Shown: positions 16,956 through 34,123 of the stretch, one piece after another
Numbering within the stretch: the stretch's first letter is position 1
How the letters are laid out: every line of letters begins with the position of its first letter
From: a virus
Strand: one strand, 5' to 3'
Length of the DNA: 64,000 bases
Virus record (IMG/VR): IMGVR_UViG_3300027777_000023
Coordinates: 96,001-160,000 of that record
The notes under the pieces: generated by a model
Told to the model about the DNA's origin: nothing
What the model saw: only the letters and a program-made list of their open reading frames with translations
Databases searched by the model: none
Made by a program: the position numbers and the translations under genes

Positions 16956-19928
16956 ATGAAAAAAAGTTTGGTTTTTCTTGCGTTGTTTACCGCATCCTGC
17001 AGTAATATCTTTGCAAAACAAGACTTTACATCTGAACAGTTAGATTTTTTTGAAGCAAAAGTACGACCGCTTTTAAACGAGAAGTGTTTAGAATGTCATT
17101 CTAATGAAAAAGGAAAAGTTAAAGGTGGGCTTTCTTTAGACTCGAGACAAGAGATTCTCAAGGGAGGTGAAAATGGAGATGTCTTTAATAAAGACAGTGT
17201 ATCAAAGAGCTCTTTGCTAAAAGCCATTAACTGGAACGGTGACCTTCAAATGCCGGAAAAAAAGAAACTCTCTGACGAACAGATATCTATTTTTACACAA
17301 TGGTTTGAGATGGGTATTCCCGACACAAGACAGGTGGGAGATAAAGCTTTTAAAAACACTAAGAAAAAAAATTATTGGTCTTTTCAGCCTGTTGTTAAGC
17401 CTAAGATACCTTTAGTAAAAAATGAGAGTTGGTGCTACAACACTGTTGATAGATTTGTATTAGCTAAACTTGAAGACAAAAAAATTATACCAGCTGTAAC
17501 GGCACGTAAAGAAACTTTAATCCGTAGAGCTTATTTTGATCTCATAGGTATACCTCCAACACCCAGACAAACAGCAGAGTTTGTTGTAGATGAATCAAGC
17601 AATGCATTTGAAAAGGTTGTTGATAAACTATTGGCTGACCCTGGATATGGAGAGCGTTGGGGTAGACATTGGCTTGATACTGCCAGATATTCAGATACAA
17701 CAGGCGAGCCTAATAATAATGTTAAAGATTATAGATATTCTTATGCTTGGTCTTATAGGGATTGGGTTATTAATTCATTTAATAATGACATGCCCTATGA
17801 TCAATTCTTAAAGAATCAATTGGCGGCCGATAAAATACCAAATAATAATGTTGCCAATCTAGCGGCATTAGGTTTTCTGACTATAGGTCAGAGATTCAAT
17901 AATATGGATGATGTTATCAATGACCGTATCGATGTTGTTGGTAGAGGTATGCTGGGGCTAACACTAGCGTGCGCCCGTTGTCACGACCATAAATTTGACC
18001 CAATTACTTCAGAAGATTACTATGCGTTACGAGGTATATTTTTAAGCTGTAATGAGCCAAGTGAAGGACCTATTATTGCGGGCGATTCAAATTCTCCTAA
18101 GTATATCGAATTCACTAATAAGATGAAAGAATATGAACAAAAGTCTTATCAAGCTTATTATACTATAGTGAGAGAACATGGAAATAAAATCAGAAAGAAC
18201 GCCCAAGCTATGGCTGAGTTTATAATGGTTCTTGGGAAAAACCCTACCGTTGAACAAAGAGAAAAAGCATCTGAAATTGCTAAGAAAAATAAGTTGGATG
18301 AACGAGAAATTGCAGACAATTTTGGCAGAAAATTTAAACCAAATGATCCGTTGCTTGGGCCGTTTGCAAAAATGCATAACGATAAACTTACTATTGAAGA
18401 AGTGATAAACGACAAAAAACAAAAACTCTCTCCTGTAGTTTTTGAATTTTTAAAGAAGCAACAAACATCCCCAACAACTGATATAGAAATTGCAAGATTA
18501 GTTGGCAGTTTTTTTGAAGAAATTGAAACAAAGGCAGCTTCGGTTTTTGCTCAAATAATGAACCCTGAAACAAAATTAGAAGACGCTAATTTCAATAAAG
18601 ATCTAGCAGATGTAATTGTTTTCCCGTTTGAGTTAAATTTAATGTCAGATCTTTCAATAGAGAAGCTTAAACAAATTGCTGAGAAATTTCCCATGCAACA
18701 ACAAGGTGAATTAAGAAACAAAGCTTTTTTAAATCAAATTAATGAATTAAAGTTAACTTTTAAAGGCGGTCCAGTAAGAGCAATGATTATTGAAGATAAG
18801 CCTAAACCTGTAGACTCACCACTGTTTGTTAGAGGTAATGCACCAAAGGCTGGAGAAAAAATAAAAATAGTGCCAAGAAAGTTTATTGAAGTTTTAAACA
18901 CTAACAACCTATCTGAATTTAGTAAGAGTGAAAGTGGCCGCTTAGAACTAGCAGAAGCTGTTGCAAGTAAAAATAACCCTCTTACGGCTCGAGTGATAGT
19001 AAATAGAGTGTGGATGTATCATTTTGGAGAAGGATTAGTGAGAACACCGGATGACTTAGGCAATCAATCAGGTATACCAACCCACCCTGAACTGTTAGAC
19101 TTTCTTGCTAATTGGTTTATGGAAGATTATGGGGCAAAGAAACCAGCCTGGTCGTTGAAAGCTTTACATAAAGCGATAATGCTCTCAAAGACATATCAGC
19201 AAAGTAGCAACACCATTTCTAAAATTCAATTAGATGAATATAGCAAGTTAGACCCGGGTAATAGCCTACTCTGGCATGCTAATGTACGTAGATTGGATTT
19301 TGAATCTTACAGAGATTCGTTGTTGAGTATGGGTAAAGTACTACAGAGAGATGTTGTAGGTGGGCCTTCTTTTAATGTACTTGAAGAGCCTTTTATATTT
19401 AGACGAACAGCATATGCGTATATAGACAGAGCAAATATGCCTGATGTAATGATGCAGTTTGATATGTCAAACCCAACTGAGCCAAACACGAAGAGAACCA
19501 GCACCATTGTACCGCAGCAAGCATTGTTTTTAATGAATAGCCCGCTTGTCGCAAACATCGTACAAAACATCTCACACAGACAGGAAATGGTGGATGCTAT
19601 TAAACTTGAAAAAAATACTGATAAAGGTATTATAACCGCATTTAGAATTGTATTACAACGAACACCAACGCTTTCTGAACGAACGTTTGCGTTAAACTTC
19701 TTATTAAAAGAAAGTAAAGAGCAAGAAAATGTAAAAACTGCTATGAATCCTCTAGCTAAAGAAGCTCAGAAAAAGGCTGAAGATAAATACAAACAAGCTC
19801 TAAACAATAATAATTCTCGTAAAGCCATTGTAAACGAAGGCCAGGTAACAGAGCGTGCCGCTTTTTCACCATGGGAAGTTTTAATACAATCTTTAATATT
19901 TACAAATGAAGCAGCGTATGTAAATTAA
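16956..19928 (+). CDS. Planctomycete cytochrome c / DUF1549 / DUF1553 protein
   Basis: Signal peptide; FFEAKVRPLL..KCLECH; LIRRAYFDLIGIPPT; YGERWGRHWLDTARYSD; LACARCHDHKFDPI; NPLTARVIVNRVWMYHFG; PTHPELLDFLA; PQQALFLMNS. Confidence 0.92.
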   Translation: MKKSLVFLALFTASCSNIFAKQDFTSEQLDFFEAKVRPLLNEKCLECHSNEKGKVKGGLSLDSRQEILKGGENGDVFNKDSVSKSSLLKAINWNGDLQMPEKKKLSDEQISIFTQWFEMGIPDTRQVGDKAFKNTKKKNYWSFQPVVKPKIPLVKNESWCYNTVDRFVLAKLEDKKIIPAVTARKETLIRRAYFDLIGIPPTPRQTAEFVVDESSNAFEKVVDKLLADPGYGERWGRHWLDTARYSDTTGEPNNNVKDYRYSYAWSYRDWVINSFNNDMPYDQFLKNQLAADKIPNNNVANLAALGFLTIGQRFNNMDDVINDRIDVVGRGMLGLTLACARCHDHKFDPITSEDYYALRGIFLSCNEPSEGPIIAGDSNSPKYIEFTNKMKEYEQKSYQAYYTIVREHGNKIRKNAQAMAEFIMVLGKNPTVEQREKASEIAKKNKLDEREIADNFGRKFKPNDPLLGPFAKMHNDKLTIEEVINDKKQKLSPVVFEFLKKQQTSPTTDIEIARLVGSFFEEIETKAASVFAQIMNPETKLEDANFNKDLADVIVFPFELNLMSDLSIEKLKQIAEKFPMQQQGELRNKAFLNQINELKLTFKGGPVRAMIIEDKPKPVDSPLFVRGNAPKAGEKIKIVPRKFIEVLNTNNLSEFSKSESGRLELAEAVASKNNPLTARVIVNRVWMYHFGEGLVRTPDDLGNQSGIPTHPELLDFLANWFMEDYGAKKPAWSLKALHKAIMLSKTYQQSSNTISKIQLDEYSKLDPGNSLLWHANVRRLDFESYRDSLLSMGKVLQRDVVGGPSFNVLEEPFIFRRTAYAYIDRANMPDVMMQFDMSNPTEPNTKRTSTIVPQQALFLMNSPLVANIVQNISHRQEMVDAIKLEKNTDKGIITAFRIVLQRTPTLSERTFALNFLLKESKEQENVKTAMNPLAKEAQKKAEDKYKQALNNNNSRKAIVNEGQVTERAAFSPWEVLIQSLIFTNEAAYVN

Positions 19929-19929
19929 G

Positions 19930-20376
19930 ATGAAGCGACAGATTTACGAATGCTCTCTTTGTGGCAGAATATGGACTAGGCTCACTTTGAGGATGGAGCA
20001 GGGTAAGACTTGCAATAAAAAGTGTGCGAGTATAAAGGGTTATCTCTGCGGCGATCGTAAAGAGACAGGCATCGAACTAAAGCTGCAGGAGATATTGAGT
20101 GAAATGGGTATAGAGTATACTACTCAAAAACCTTTGTTGGGGGTCACTGTAGCAGACATATTCATTGAACCTAACGTGGCCGTATTCGCTGACGGCACAT
20201 ACTGGCATAGCGGTGCAGCTAAAGAATACAAGGATGCGGAGAAAACAAAAACACTCAAACGCGGTGGGTACGTGGTACTGCGTTTAGAAGAAAAAGAGAT
20301 AAACAAAGATGTTGATAAGATTAAATTAAAATTGCTTGAGGCTTATGGAAAGCGTAGAATAAAGAAAGAATTATGA
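19930..20376 (+). CDS. DUF559/Vsr-like PD-(D/E)xK endonuclease with N-terminal Cys cluster
   Basis: ETGIE...ADIFI...VFADGTYWH...D..KTKTLKRGGYVVLRL. Confidence 0.8.
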   Translation: MKRQIYECSLCGRIWTRLTLRMEQGKTCNKKCASIKGYLCGDRKETGIELKLQEILSEMGIEYTTQKPLLGVTVADIFIEPNVAVFADGTYWHSGAAKEYKDAEKTKTLKRGGYVVLRLEEKEINKDVDKIKLKLLEAYGKRRIKKEL

Positions 20377-21263
20377 ATACAGAGCAGGCATACATCAACG
20401 GGTTTGTTAAGAGAGCATCGCAATACGGCTTCAACCAGGATGAGGCTCTTTATATACTAAAGAGGGCAAACACTCAGGGGATAAAAAATCCCATTAAACC
20501 TGACCCTATGTGGGAATCTGGTAAAGCTCCCACCACAACCCAAACCGCCGCAGCTCCCAAGATTACTGCAGCTAAGCAGAATAATGCCGTGCAGCCCTCT
20601 GCAGATCCAGCGCCAACATCAATGCCTTCCAGAGCATCCATGATGACACAAACACCTGAAACCGTTGCTCAAAATCGAGAAATAGCTAATATTCCGTTGA
20701 GTGGTATGACACCAAAAAATCAATGGGAATCGCAGTTGCATAAGATCATGGCACAAAAACCTGTATTTAATGTTGGGGATAATGAAAACAACTTTCGTGG
20801 CGGTATCCGACCTGATAGCACTATCGATGATTTAGCAGCAAAAAACGCACCTTACCCTATAGAAATGGCTGGAGATCACATGAACAATTTAGTGAGGGCT
20901 TTAATGAGCGACGGCACGCCAGCGAAATATATGCACCATTTCCCTGATAGTCCACAAAATGGTGAAACACCACGTAGTGCTTTTCTTCCTTATACTATTC
21001 AGGGTATAAAGGCTAATGATCCTCGAGGAATAAAAATTGATCACGTTAATGAAATTCATAATCACCTAAAAAAATATGATCCAACTTGGGGACCTGATTT
21101 TAGGATACCTGTCGAAAAGCATGATATGCCTGAAGAAGAATCTGATTTACACACGCCTTGGTTAAATTATGCCGGTAGAAAAGCCCAGTTTGAAAAGCTA
21201 TTTGCTGATCGTATAAATAACATGAACGATCCCACAGCAAATCTAACAACAAATTTACAATAA
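20373..21263 (+). CDS. GFVKRA-leader protein 1 (unknown cargo)
   Basis: MNTEQAYINGFVKRASQYG leader. Confidence 0.8.
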   Translation: MNTEQAYINGFVKRASQYGFNQDEALYILKRANTQGIKNPIKPDPMWESGKAPTTTQTAAAPKITAAKQNNAVQPSADPAPTSMPSRASMMTQTPETVAQNREIANIPLSGMTPKNQWESQLHKIMAQKPVFNVGDNENNFRGGIRPDSTIDDLAAKNAPYPIEMAGDHMNNLVRALMSDGTPAKYMHHFPDSPQNGETPRSAFLPYTIQGIKANDPRGIKIDHVNEIHNHLKKYDPTWGPDFRIPVEKHDMPEEESDLHTPWLNYAGRKAQFEKLFADRINNMNDPTANLTTNLQ

Positions 21264-21264
21264 T

Positions 21265-21558
21265 ATGAATACAGAGCAGGCATACATCAACGGGTTTGTT
21301 AAGAGAGCATCGCAGTACGGTTATACAAGAGAAGCAGCATTCAAGTTGGCTGGTATAGCTGAAGACACTGGACTAGACATGAAAGATCTGGGTCTTGGTG
21401 GTAATGAGTTTAGTGCCAAACCTTCACCAGCAGGAATCAAGATCAATGAGCAGAATCCACCACCAGTACCTGCCCCAACTGCACAACCAAACAAAGGGTT
21501 TTTGAGTCAATTGTTCAGTCGTCCAGCACCAATACCTATCGCACATACAGCTAAATAA
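21265..21558 (+). CDS. GFVKRA-leader protein 2
   Basis: First 50 nt identical to those of 20373 gene. Confidence 0.8.
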   Translation: MNTEQAYINGFVKRASQYGYTREAAFKLAGIAEDTGLDMKDLGLGGNEFSAKPSPAGIKINEQNPPPVPAPTAQPNKGFLSQLFSRPAPIPIAHTAK

Positions 21559-21560
21559 TT

Positions 21561-21929
21561 ATGGCTACCGCAACAACAGTAACAGAAATGAACTCTGGGA
21601 AACACCCAGAAGGAAGTAAGAGATCTTCTCATTGGTCTACCACACGTAAACATCATCTAGAGAAGCACGCTGAGTGTGCTCTTTGTGGTGGTACGAAGAA
21701 ACTAAACGTACATCACATCAAGCCTTTTCATGTACATCCTGAGCTAGAGTTAGAGCCATCTAATCTAATTACTCTTTGCGAAGACAAAGGAAATGGGGTA
21801 TACTGTCATTTATTCTTTGGTCACCTAGGCAACTACAAAAGCATCAATCCGAACGTTGTTGAGGATGTGCTGTTGTGGAAAGAAAAGCTAAGCAATAAAC
21901 CAAAAGACGCAAAAGATTTAGAACAATAA
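21561..21929 (+). CDS. HNH endonuclease
   Basis: CALCG...VHHIKPF...NLITLC...CHLFFGH. Confidence 0.85.
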   Translation: MATATTVTEMNSGKHPEGSKRSSHWSTTRKHHLEKHAECALCGGTKKLNVHHIKPFHVHPELELEPSNLITLCEDKGNGVYCHLFFGHLGNYKSINPNVVEDVLLWKEKLSNKPKDAKDLEQ

Positions 21930-21930
21930 T

Positions 21931-22170
21931 ATGAACGTAGAACAACAAGCATACATCGAAGGATTCGTAAAGAGAGCAAGTGAATATAGATTTAGCCGTA
22001 ATGAGGCTATTGAACTATTAAAAACATCTGCCGAGAAAGCTCCATACAACGGAGTTAAGACTTTGGGTGAGCTGTGGAATGAGTTTAGATCTGGTAAACC
22101 CACTATGGCTACTAAGCTTCCTGTATCCGTAGGCACTCCTTCAATCAATCCTAACCTAGTCGTTAAATAA
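21931..22170 (+). CDS. GFVKRA-leader protein 3
   Basis: MNVEQQAYIEGFVKRASEY...EAIELLK. Confidence 0.75.
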   Translation: MNVEQQAYIEGFVKRASEYRFSRNEAIELLKTSAEKAPYNGVKTLGELWNEFRSGKPTMATKLPVSVGTPSINPNLVVK

Positions 22171-22171
22171 T

Positions 22172-22555
22172 ATGAACACACAACAACAAGCATACATCGA
22201 AGGATTCGTTAAAAGAGCATCACAATACGGCTTCAACTATAATGAAGCTATTGAACTATTGAAGCAGGCAGCATTAACTGCAGATCAGCACAAATTAGAT
22301 GTGAACCATAATGGGAAGATTGAGGCGAGCGATCTTAAGGCTTTGCGCAATCGTAAAAAGACTGTAAAGACTGCTGGACCTGTACCTGAAATGGATACTC
22401 AGCCTGGCGGTATGACTGCCTCTCGAGCAGCAAATAACCCGGTACGCAATACAGCTCAGGCTCCTGCTCCTGGAGTATCTGCCGCCAGCAAAGCTGATTC
22501 ATTAAAATATAGACTTCCAATTCCCACGGGCGGAACAACAGAACCAAGGAAGTAA
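22172..22555 (+). CDS. GFVKRA-leader protein 4 with EF-hand-like loop
   Basis: Leader followed by KLDVNHNGKIEASDLKALR (DxNxNGxIxxxD). Confidence 0.75.
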   Translation: MNTQQQAYIEGFVKRASQYGFNYNEAIELLKQAALTADQHKLDVNHNGKIEASDLKALRNRKKTVKTAGPVPEMDTQPGGMTASRAANNPVRNTAQAPAPGVSAASKADSLKYRLPIPTGGTTEPRK

Positions 22556-22559
22556 TCTT

Positions 22560-23327
22560 ATGCCTGCCCGTTCAGAAGCTCAACAAAGATTGATGGGGAT
22601 GGCTCTTTCTGCAAAACGCGGCAAGGGTCATTACGGTGGTAAAGTTAAAGAAATTGCAAATAGTATGACTCTAAAACAACTACATGATTTTGCTGCTACA
22701 AAGCATGAAGGACTGCCTGAAAAGAAAGCTTTTGTAGAAGGCTTTGTTAAAAGAGCAAATGAATACGGCTTCAATCAGAATGAGGCTATTGAACTATTAA
22801 AAGAGGCTGAGTCTAGCTGGCTGGGCAGATATATGGCAGCTAAAACAGTTCCTCAGAGCATTGCAATGAATAAAGCTGTGATTATGAATGAAATTGACCC
22901 TACCGGAGAATTTCAAGAAAAAAACCTATTCATGACGCCTGAAACATTTAAAAAGCAGAGAGAGCTTGCATACGGACATTTGAGAAATACTTTAAAAAGA
23001 TCAACTGCAGCTGGTACAGGTAAAAACTTTCTTTTGGGTGCCGGGCTCGGCGGATTAGTGGGAGCGGTACAGGGCGGGGTGTTAGGAGAAGAACTTCACC
23101 ACGATCCACTCACAGGTGCAGGTATAGGAGGATTAGCCGGAGGTCTAACCTTGGGCGGTATAATGGCACTAGAAAACCTTGCAGGAAGATTGAAAAATAA
23201 AGTAATTACTGACGAAGATATTGCAAAAATGCGTGAGCAGCAAAAGCACAATTCGATAACATCTGAATTTATGCCATTTAGAGAGATGATTGACGCGCAT
23301 AGGGCAGGAAAGCCTCGAGAACAGTAA
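22560..23327 (+). CDS. DUF3008-like N-terminus, internal GFVKRA module, glycine-zipper region
   Basis: MPARSEAQQRLMGMALSAKRG (DUF3008-like); AFVEGFVKRANEYGFNQNEAIELLKEA; GAGLGGLVGAVQGG. Confidence 0.75.
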   Translation: MPARSEAQQRLMGMALSAKRGKGHYGGKVKEIANSMTLKQLHDFAATKHEGLPEKKAFVEGFVKRANEYGFNQNEAIELLKEAESSWLGRYMAAKTVPQSIAMNKAVIMNEIDPTGEFQEKNLFMTPETFKKQRELAYGHLRNTLKRSTAAGTGKNFLLGAGLGGLVGAVQGGVLGEELHHDPLTGAGIGGLAGGLTLGGIMALENLAGRLKNKVITDEDIAKMREQQKHNSITSEFMPFREMIDAHRAGKPREQ

Positions 23328-23333
23328 AACTAA

Positions 23334-24056
23334 ATGAACAAAGCTCAACAACAGCGGGCACTGCAGTATAAGATCTGCATATCAAAGCTAGCTGCTATTG
23401 ATGTGAAGAGCTTTGAGCATCCACCCATAGTTCAGAACACTCCGGTGGATAACATACTGTCTCTCGTACTAGGAAAGAATTATATTCCGCGTCCTCAGCA
23501 TGGTGAAGACGTCGTGGATGCAATGAATCGTGGTAGTAGAGAACTGGATTCTCATGATCTGCAGGCGGACGCTATACTAAATAATCCCGTAACAAAGCGC
23601 CTAGGTTTAGGTGGTACGACTGGTAAGCTAATGGCAGAGTCTCTAAGCTATAGTCCTGAATTAAGGAGCAAGCTATCTCCGTTGTTTGGTGGTGACCCAG
23701 CCCAAGCAGCTAAACATCTACATAGAGGTTTATATAACGCTGGTGCTTTTGGTCCATTATCGTCCGGTAACGCTAAAGACATTATGGGATCGATAAATGA
23801 TAATTTCTATAAGTCTGGAGAAATGGGTAGAGCAATAGCAGCTAAGATAGCTAGAGAAAGACTCATTGGTGGTATGGGAGACAACAAACCTGACAGTGCT
23901 TTTCCTAGAAAAGAACTAGCAAAAGGTAAAAAGCATGAGAGTGAGCACACAGACAACAAGTCTATTGCAAAAGAAATAGCAAAAGACCATCTCAGTGAAA
24001 GATCAGATTATTATACCGCACTAGACAAAAGCAAGCTAGGACATTTTAAGTATTAA
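23334..24056 (+). CDS. K-x-A protein with C-terminal DUF5661-like motif
   Basis: SKLAA; ELAKGKKHESEHTDNKSIAKEIAKDHLSERSDYYTAL. Confidence 0.7.
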   Translation: MNKAQQQRALQYKICISKLAAIDVKSFEHPPIVQNTPVDNILSLVLGKNYIPRPQHGEDVVDAMNRGSRELDSHDLQADAILNNPVTKRLGLGGTTGKLMAESLSYSPELRSKLSPLFGGDPAQAAKHLHRGLYNAGAFGPLSSGNAKDIMGSINDNFYKSGEMGRAIAAKIARERLIGGMGDNKPDSAFPRKELAKGKKHESEHTDNKSIAKEIAKDHLSERSDYYTALDKSKLGHFKY

Positions 24057-24085
24057 AAGTTGATAAGCTCGTCTGTTTGAAGTAA

Positions 24086-31449
<7,364 letters not shown>

Positions 31450-31470
31450 TAGTTAAAAAAAAGAAACCTT

Positions 31471-31501
31471 GGGAGGGAGTATCGGTTTGGTACTCCCTCC
31501 C
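31471..31501. terminator. Strong hairpin, probable terminator
   Basis: GGGAGGGAGTA/TACTCCCTCCC 11-bp stem after the fibre gene; no clear downstream U-tract. Confidence 0.6.
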
Positions 31502-31599
31502 TATTCAAATTAATGAGACCGAAAAATCTTTGTTCGATCGGTTCAATTATTTAAAATAATTGTTGATTAGGGTGAGTCTAGTATACATACTAATTGGAT

Positions 31600-32745
31600 A
31601 TGAAGAATATCCACTGTTTAGCAGTACCCCATACCATAACTAATTCAGATTACGTAGCTTGCGCTTTTACACAAAAGGTAAAAAAGTTTCTCACCATGTT
31701 CAAAGACAGTAGTGAGTACCGCACCATTCACTATGGTCACAAAGACTCTGATACTGATGCTCACGAGCAGGTAGACATCACCGACAATCAAACGCTCATT
31801 GACGCGTACGGCGACTATAACTGGCGCTCACAGCAATTCAAGCATTCAAGAGACGATGTAGCTCACAAGACTTTCAATGCAAAGGCACCTATTGAGATAG
31901 CTAAAAGAAAGAAGCGTGGGGATCTTGTACTAGCCTTTTGGGGCGGTACGCAAGAAGCATGTCACACAGCTAACGCAAATAACGATCTTATTGTTGTAGA
32001 ACCCGGCATTGGTTCTGGGTATGCATTTGCGCAATTCAGGTGCTATGAAAGCTATCCTCTCAAGAGCGCATTCATTGGAGCTAGCGGCGTGTCCTACTGC
32101 CAGCCAAAGTGGTACTGGAGAATTGTGCCAAACTATTTTGATCTACGAGATTTTGAATCTCAACCTAAACGTGAAGATTATGCATTGTATATTGGCAGAA
32201 TTGGTACCAATAAAGGATTGGATATTGCCATCGACGCTACACGTCGTCTAGGTATTAAGCTCAAGGTATGCGGGCAGGGAAGTCCTAAGGGTGTAGGACT
32301 AGAAGCCTGGCCAGAACATGTAGAGTTTCTTGGATATGCTGATGTAGCTCTTCGTAAAAAGCTCATGGGTGAAGCAAAGTTTGGTTTTCTTCTTAGCACT
32401 TATTGGGAACCATTTGGCGGTACTGCTGTAGAAATGATGCTCAGCGGCTGTGTCCCTGTGTGCACAGATGCTGGAGCAATGACTGAATATATCGTTGACG
32501 GTGTGAACGGATTCCGTTGCAATACTATGGGAGACATTCTCAGGGCTTGTCGTCTTGTGGATACTATCGATCGAGCTAAGATGATTAAATTTGCACAGAC
32601 GAACTTCTCCTTAGCTGGAGTAAAGCCTAAGTTTGAGAAAGCATTCACAGACTTTAATAACGTATTTCATGCTAAAGGTTGGTATGAAGATCACAATTTG
32701 CCTCTCACAGGCTGCGGGCTAGACTATAAAGATTTGTACATCTAG
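31600..32745 (+). CDS. GT-B glycosyltransferase (GT4-like)
   Basis: YIGRIGTNKG; EPFGGTAVEMMLSGCVPV (ExFG...E donor-binding motif). Confidence 0.88.
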   Translation: MKNIHCLAVPHTITNSDYVACAFTQKVKKFLTMFKDSSEYRTIHYGHKDSDTDAHEQVDITDNQTLIDAYGDYNWRSQQFKHSRDDVAHKTFNAKAPIEIAKRKKRGDLVLAFWGGTQEACHTANANNDLIVVEPGIGSGYAFAQFRCYESYPLKSAFIGASGVSYCQPKWYWRIVPNYFDLRDFESQPKREDYALYIGRIGTNKGLDIAIDATRRLGIKLKVCGQGSPKGVGLEAWPEHVEFLGYADVALRKKLMGEAKFGFLLSTYWEPFGGTAVEMMLSGCVPVCTDAGAMTEYIVDGVNGFRCNTMGDILRACRLVDTIDRAKMIKFAQTNFSLAGVKPKFEKAFTDFNNVFHAKGWYEDHNLPLTGCGLDYKDLYI

Positions 32746-32772
32746 ACTAGCTAAACCAGTTAAATAAAATTA

Positions 32773-32797
32773 AGGGTCCCTTCGGGGACTCTTTTTT
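32773..32797 (+). terminator. Intrinsic terminator (UUCG tetraloop)
   Basis: AGGGTCCC-TTCG-GGGACTCT followed by T-run. Confidence 0.9.
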
Positions 32798-32858
32798 ATG
32801 TCTTGAGTAGCGAATCTATAAATGCTACTATTTATTGATATCTAGAAACTACAGCTTT

Positions 32859-33281
32859 ATGAACAGAGAAAACACACGGTCAGGACTTGCAGCAGATATC
32901 GGAGCAGCCGCTTCGTATAGCAATCAATACTACTACGGCACAGATACCGGAGTGTACTACTACTCTGACGGGACGAGTTGGACGATTAAAACTTTTAATG
33001 TGGCAAATAGTGTCTACAACCGCGCAGGAACAATCACCGCAGGCAATACTGCTCAATTGCTTACGGCAGCAGCCACAAAGAGAAAATGGCTGTTCTTTCA
33101 AAATCTTGCTACTGATGCGGACATGTACCTTGGAATAGGTTACGTACCCACTACAAGCAATGGTATGTTTATAGCTAGGAGTGGTGGTAATATTCGTTTT
33201 GAGGTTTACGTGCCTACCGACGCTATCTATGTTCTTTGTGCCACTACCGGTAAAGCCTTTGTATGCCTAGAAGGCTTCTAA
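32859..33281 (+). CDS. Hypothetical beta-rich protein, probably virion-associated
   Basis: ATG at 32859; KRKWLFFQN...MYLGIG pattern. Confidence 0.65.
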   Translation: MNRENTRSGLAADIGAAASYSNQYYYGTDTGVYYYSDGTSWTIKTFNVANSVYNRAGTITAGNTAQLLTAAATKRKWLFFQNLATDADMYLGIGYVPTTSNGMFIARSGGNIRFEVYVPTDAIYVLCATTGKAFVCLEGF

Positions 33282-33282
33282 T

Positions 33283-33558
33283 ATGTTACTACCCAGCCAT
33301 ATAATTAAGCTGGCAAAGTCTCTAGAACTCAAACAGCTTTTAGAGGCTAAAAAAAGGTCAGATAAGAACGACTATAGCGGTAAGAATGAGATATTGAGTG
33401 CGCTGCTCAAAAGGCGCCCAGATCAGTTCAGAGTAGACCAACTACTCAACGATAAGTACGTGGGCATCACGCACAAGCCTTCAGGATTTAAGATACATAC
33501 AGCCAGATCGTTGATTCCTACAGGGATCGAGCATAATTATACAAAGACCAAGACCTAG
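33283..33558 (+). CDS. Small basic K-x-A protein
   Basis: IIKLAKS near the N-terminus. Confidence 0.7.
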   Translation: MLLPSHIIKLAKSLELKQLLEAKKRSDKNDYSGKNEILSALLKRRPDQFRVDQLLNDKYVGITHKPSGFKIHTARSLIPTGIEHNYTKTKT

Positions 33559-33578
33559 TAAACTATCTGCTGATATTG

Positions 33579-33594
33579 TGGTATAATATATTGA
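33579..33594 (+). promoter_or_regulatory. Extended -10 promoter TGGTATAATATATTGA
   Basis: Identical to 4665 and 37171. Confidence 0.75.
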
Positions 33595-33625
33595 GTCTCT
33601 TATAACCAAGAGACAAAATTTAAAT

Positions 33626-34054
33626 ATGCGATCACTAATACCTAAAAATATTGAGGCAGGTTTTGTTAAAAGTTCGTCTCAGCAAGAGCGAGTACGTGTG
33701 GTGCTACCATACAAAGGTCAATACTTATTAGAGCGTCTGACCAATCCTAATTGGCCAAAAAACATCGGTAAGATGCGTCATATAGGCGGAGGTATTGAGT
33801 CTGGTGAAACACCACAAGAAGCGGCGTCTAGGGAGATGTACGAGGAGCTGGGTGTGCAGATCAATCCAGACCACTTTGTGGCTCTAGGTAAACACGACGG
33901 GCATCACTATCTAGAGTTGAAGAACCACAATCTTCACCCAGGACAGTTCAATGCTACGGTCGGGTCAGATCCAATTATTACGCTAGAAAAGCAGCATCCA
34001 TCAGGCTCCAAATATATGGGGCCTAGTCTGCATCAACTATATAACGGGCGCTAG
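33626..34054 (+). CDS. Nudix hydrolase
   Basis: Nudix box GGGIESGETPQEAASREMYEELG. Confidence 0.92.
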   Translation: MRSLIPKNIEAGFVKSSSQQERVRVVLPYKGQYLLERLTNPNWPKNIGKMRHIGGGIESGETPQEAASREMYEELGVQINPDHFVALGKHDGHHYLELKNHNLHPGQFNATVGSDPIITLEKQHPSGSKYMGPSLHQLYNGR

Positions 34055-34060
34055 CCTGGA

Positions 34061-34088
34061 AAGAGGTCCAACCCCTCTTTTTTTAGCT
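34061..34088 (+). terminator. Intrinsic terminator ending TTTTTTAGCT
   Basis: AAGAGG-TCCAACC-CCTCTT plus U-tract. Confidence 0.7.
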
Positions 34089-34123
34089 ACTACAAGGCGT
34101 CAAAATAGTATAGTATAGGCTAT

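Noticed and set aside
15587-19928. Host chromosomal contamination or prophage boundary at the DUF1501 operon
   Set aside because: AT-rich composition and tight spacing match flanking phage genes, and no integrase or att site is visible; read-level confirmation is still advisable.
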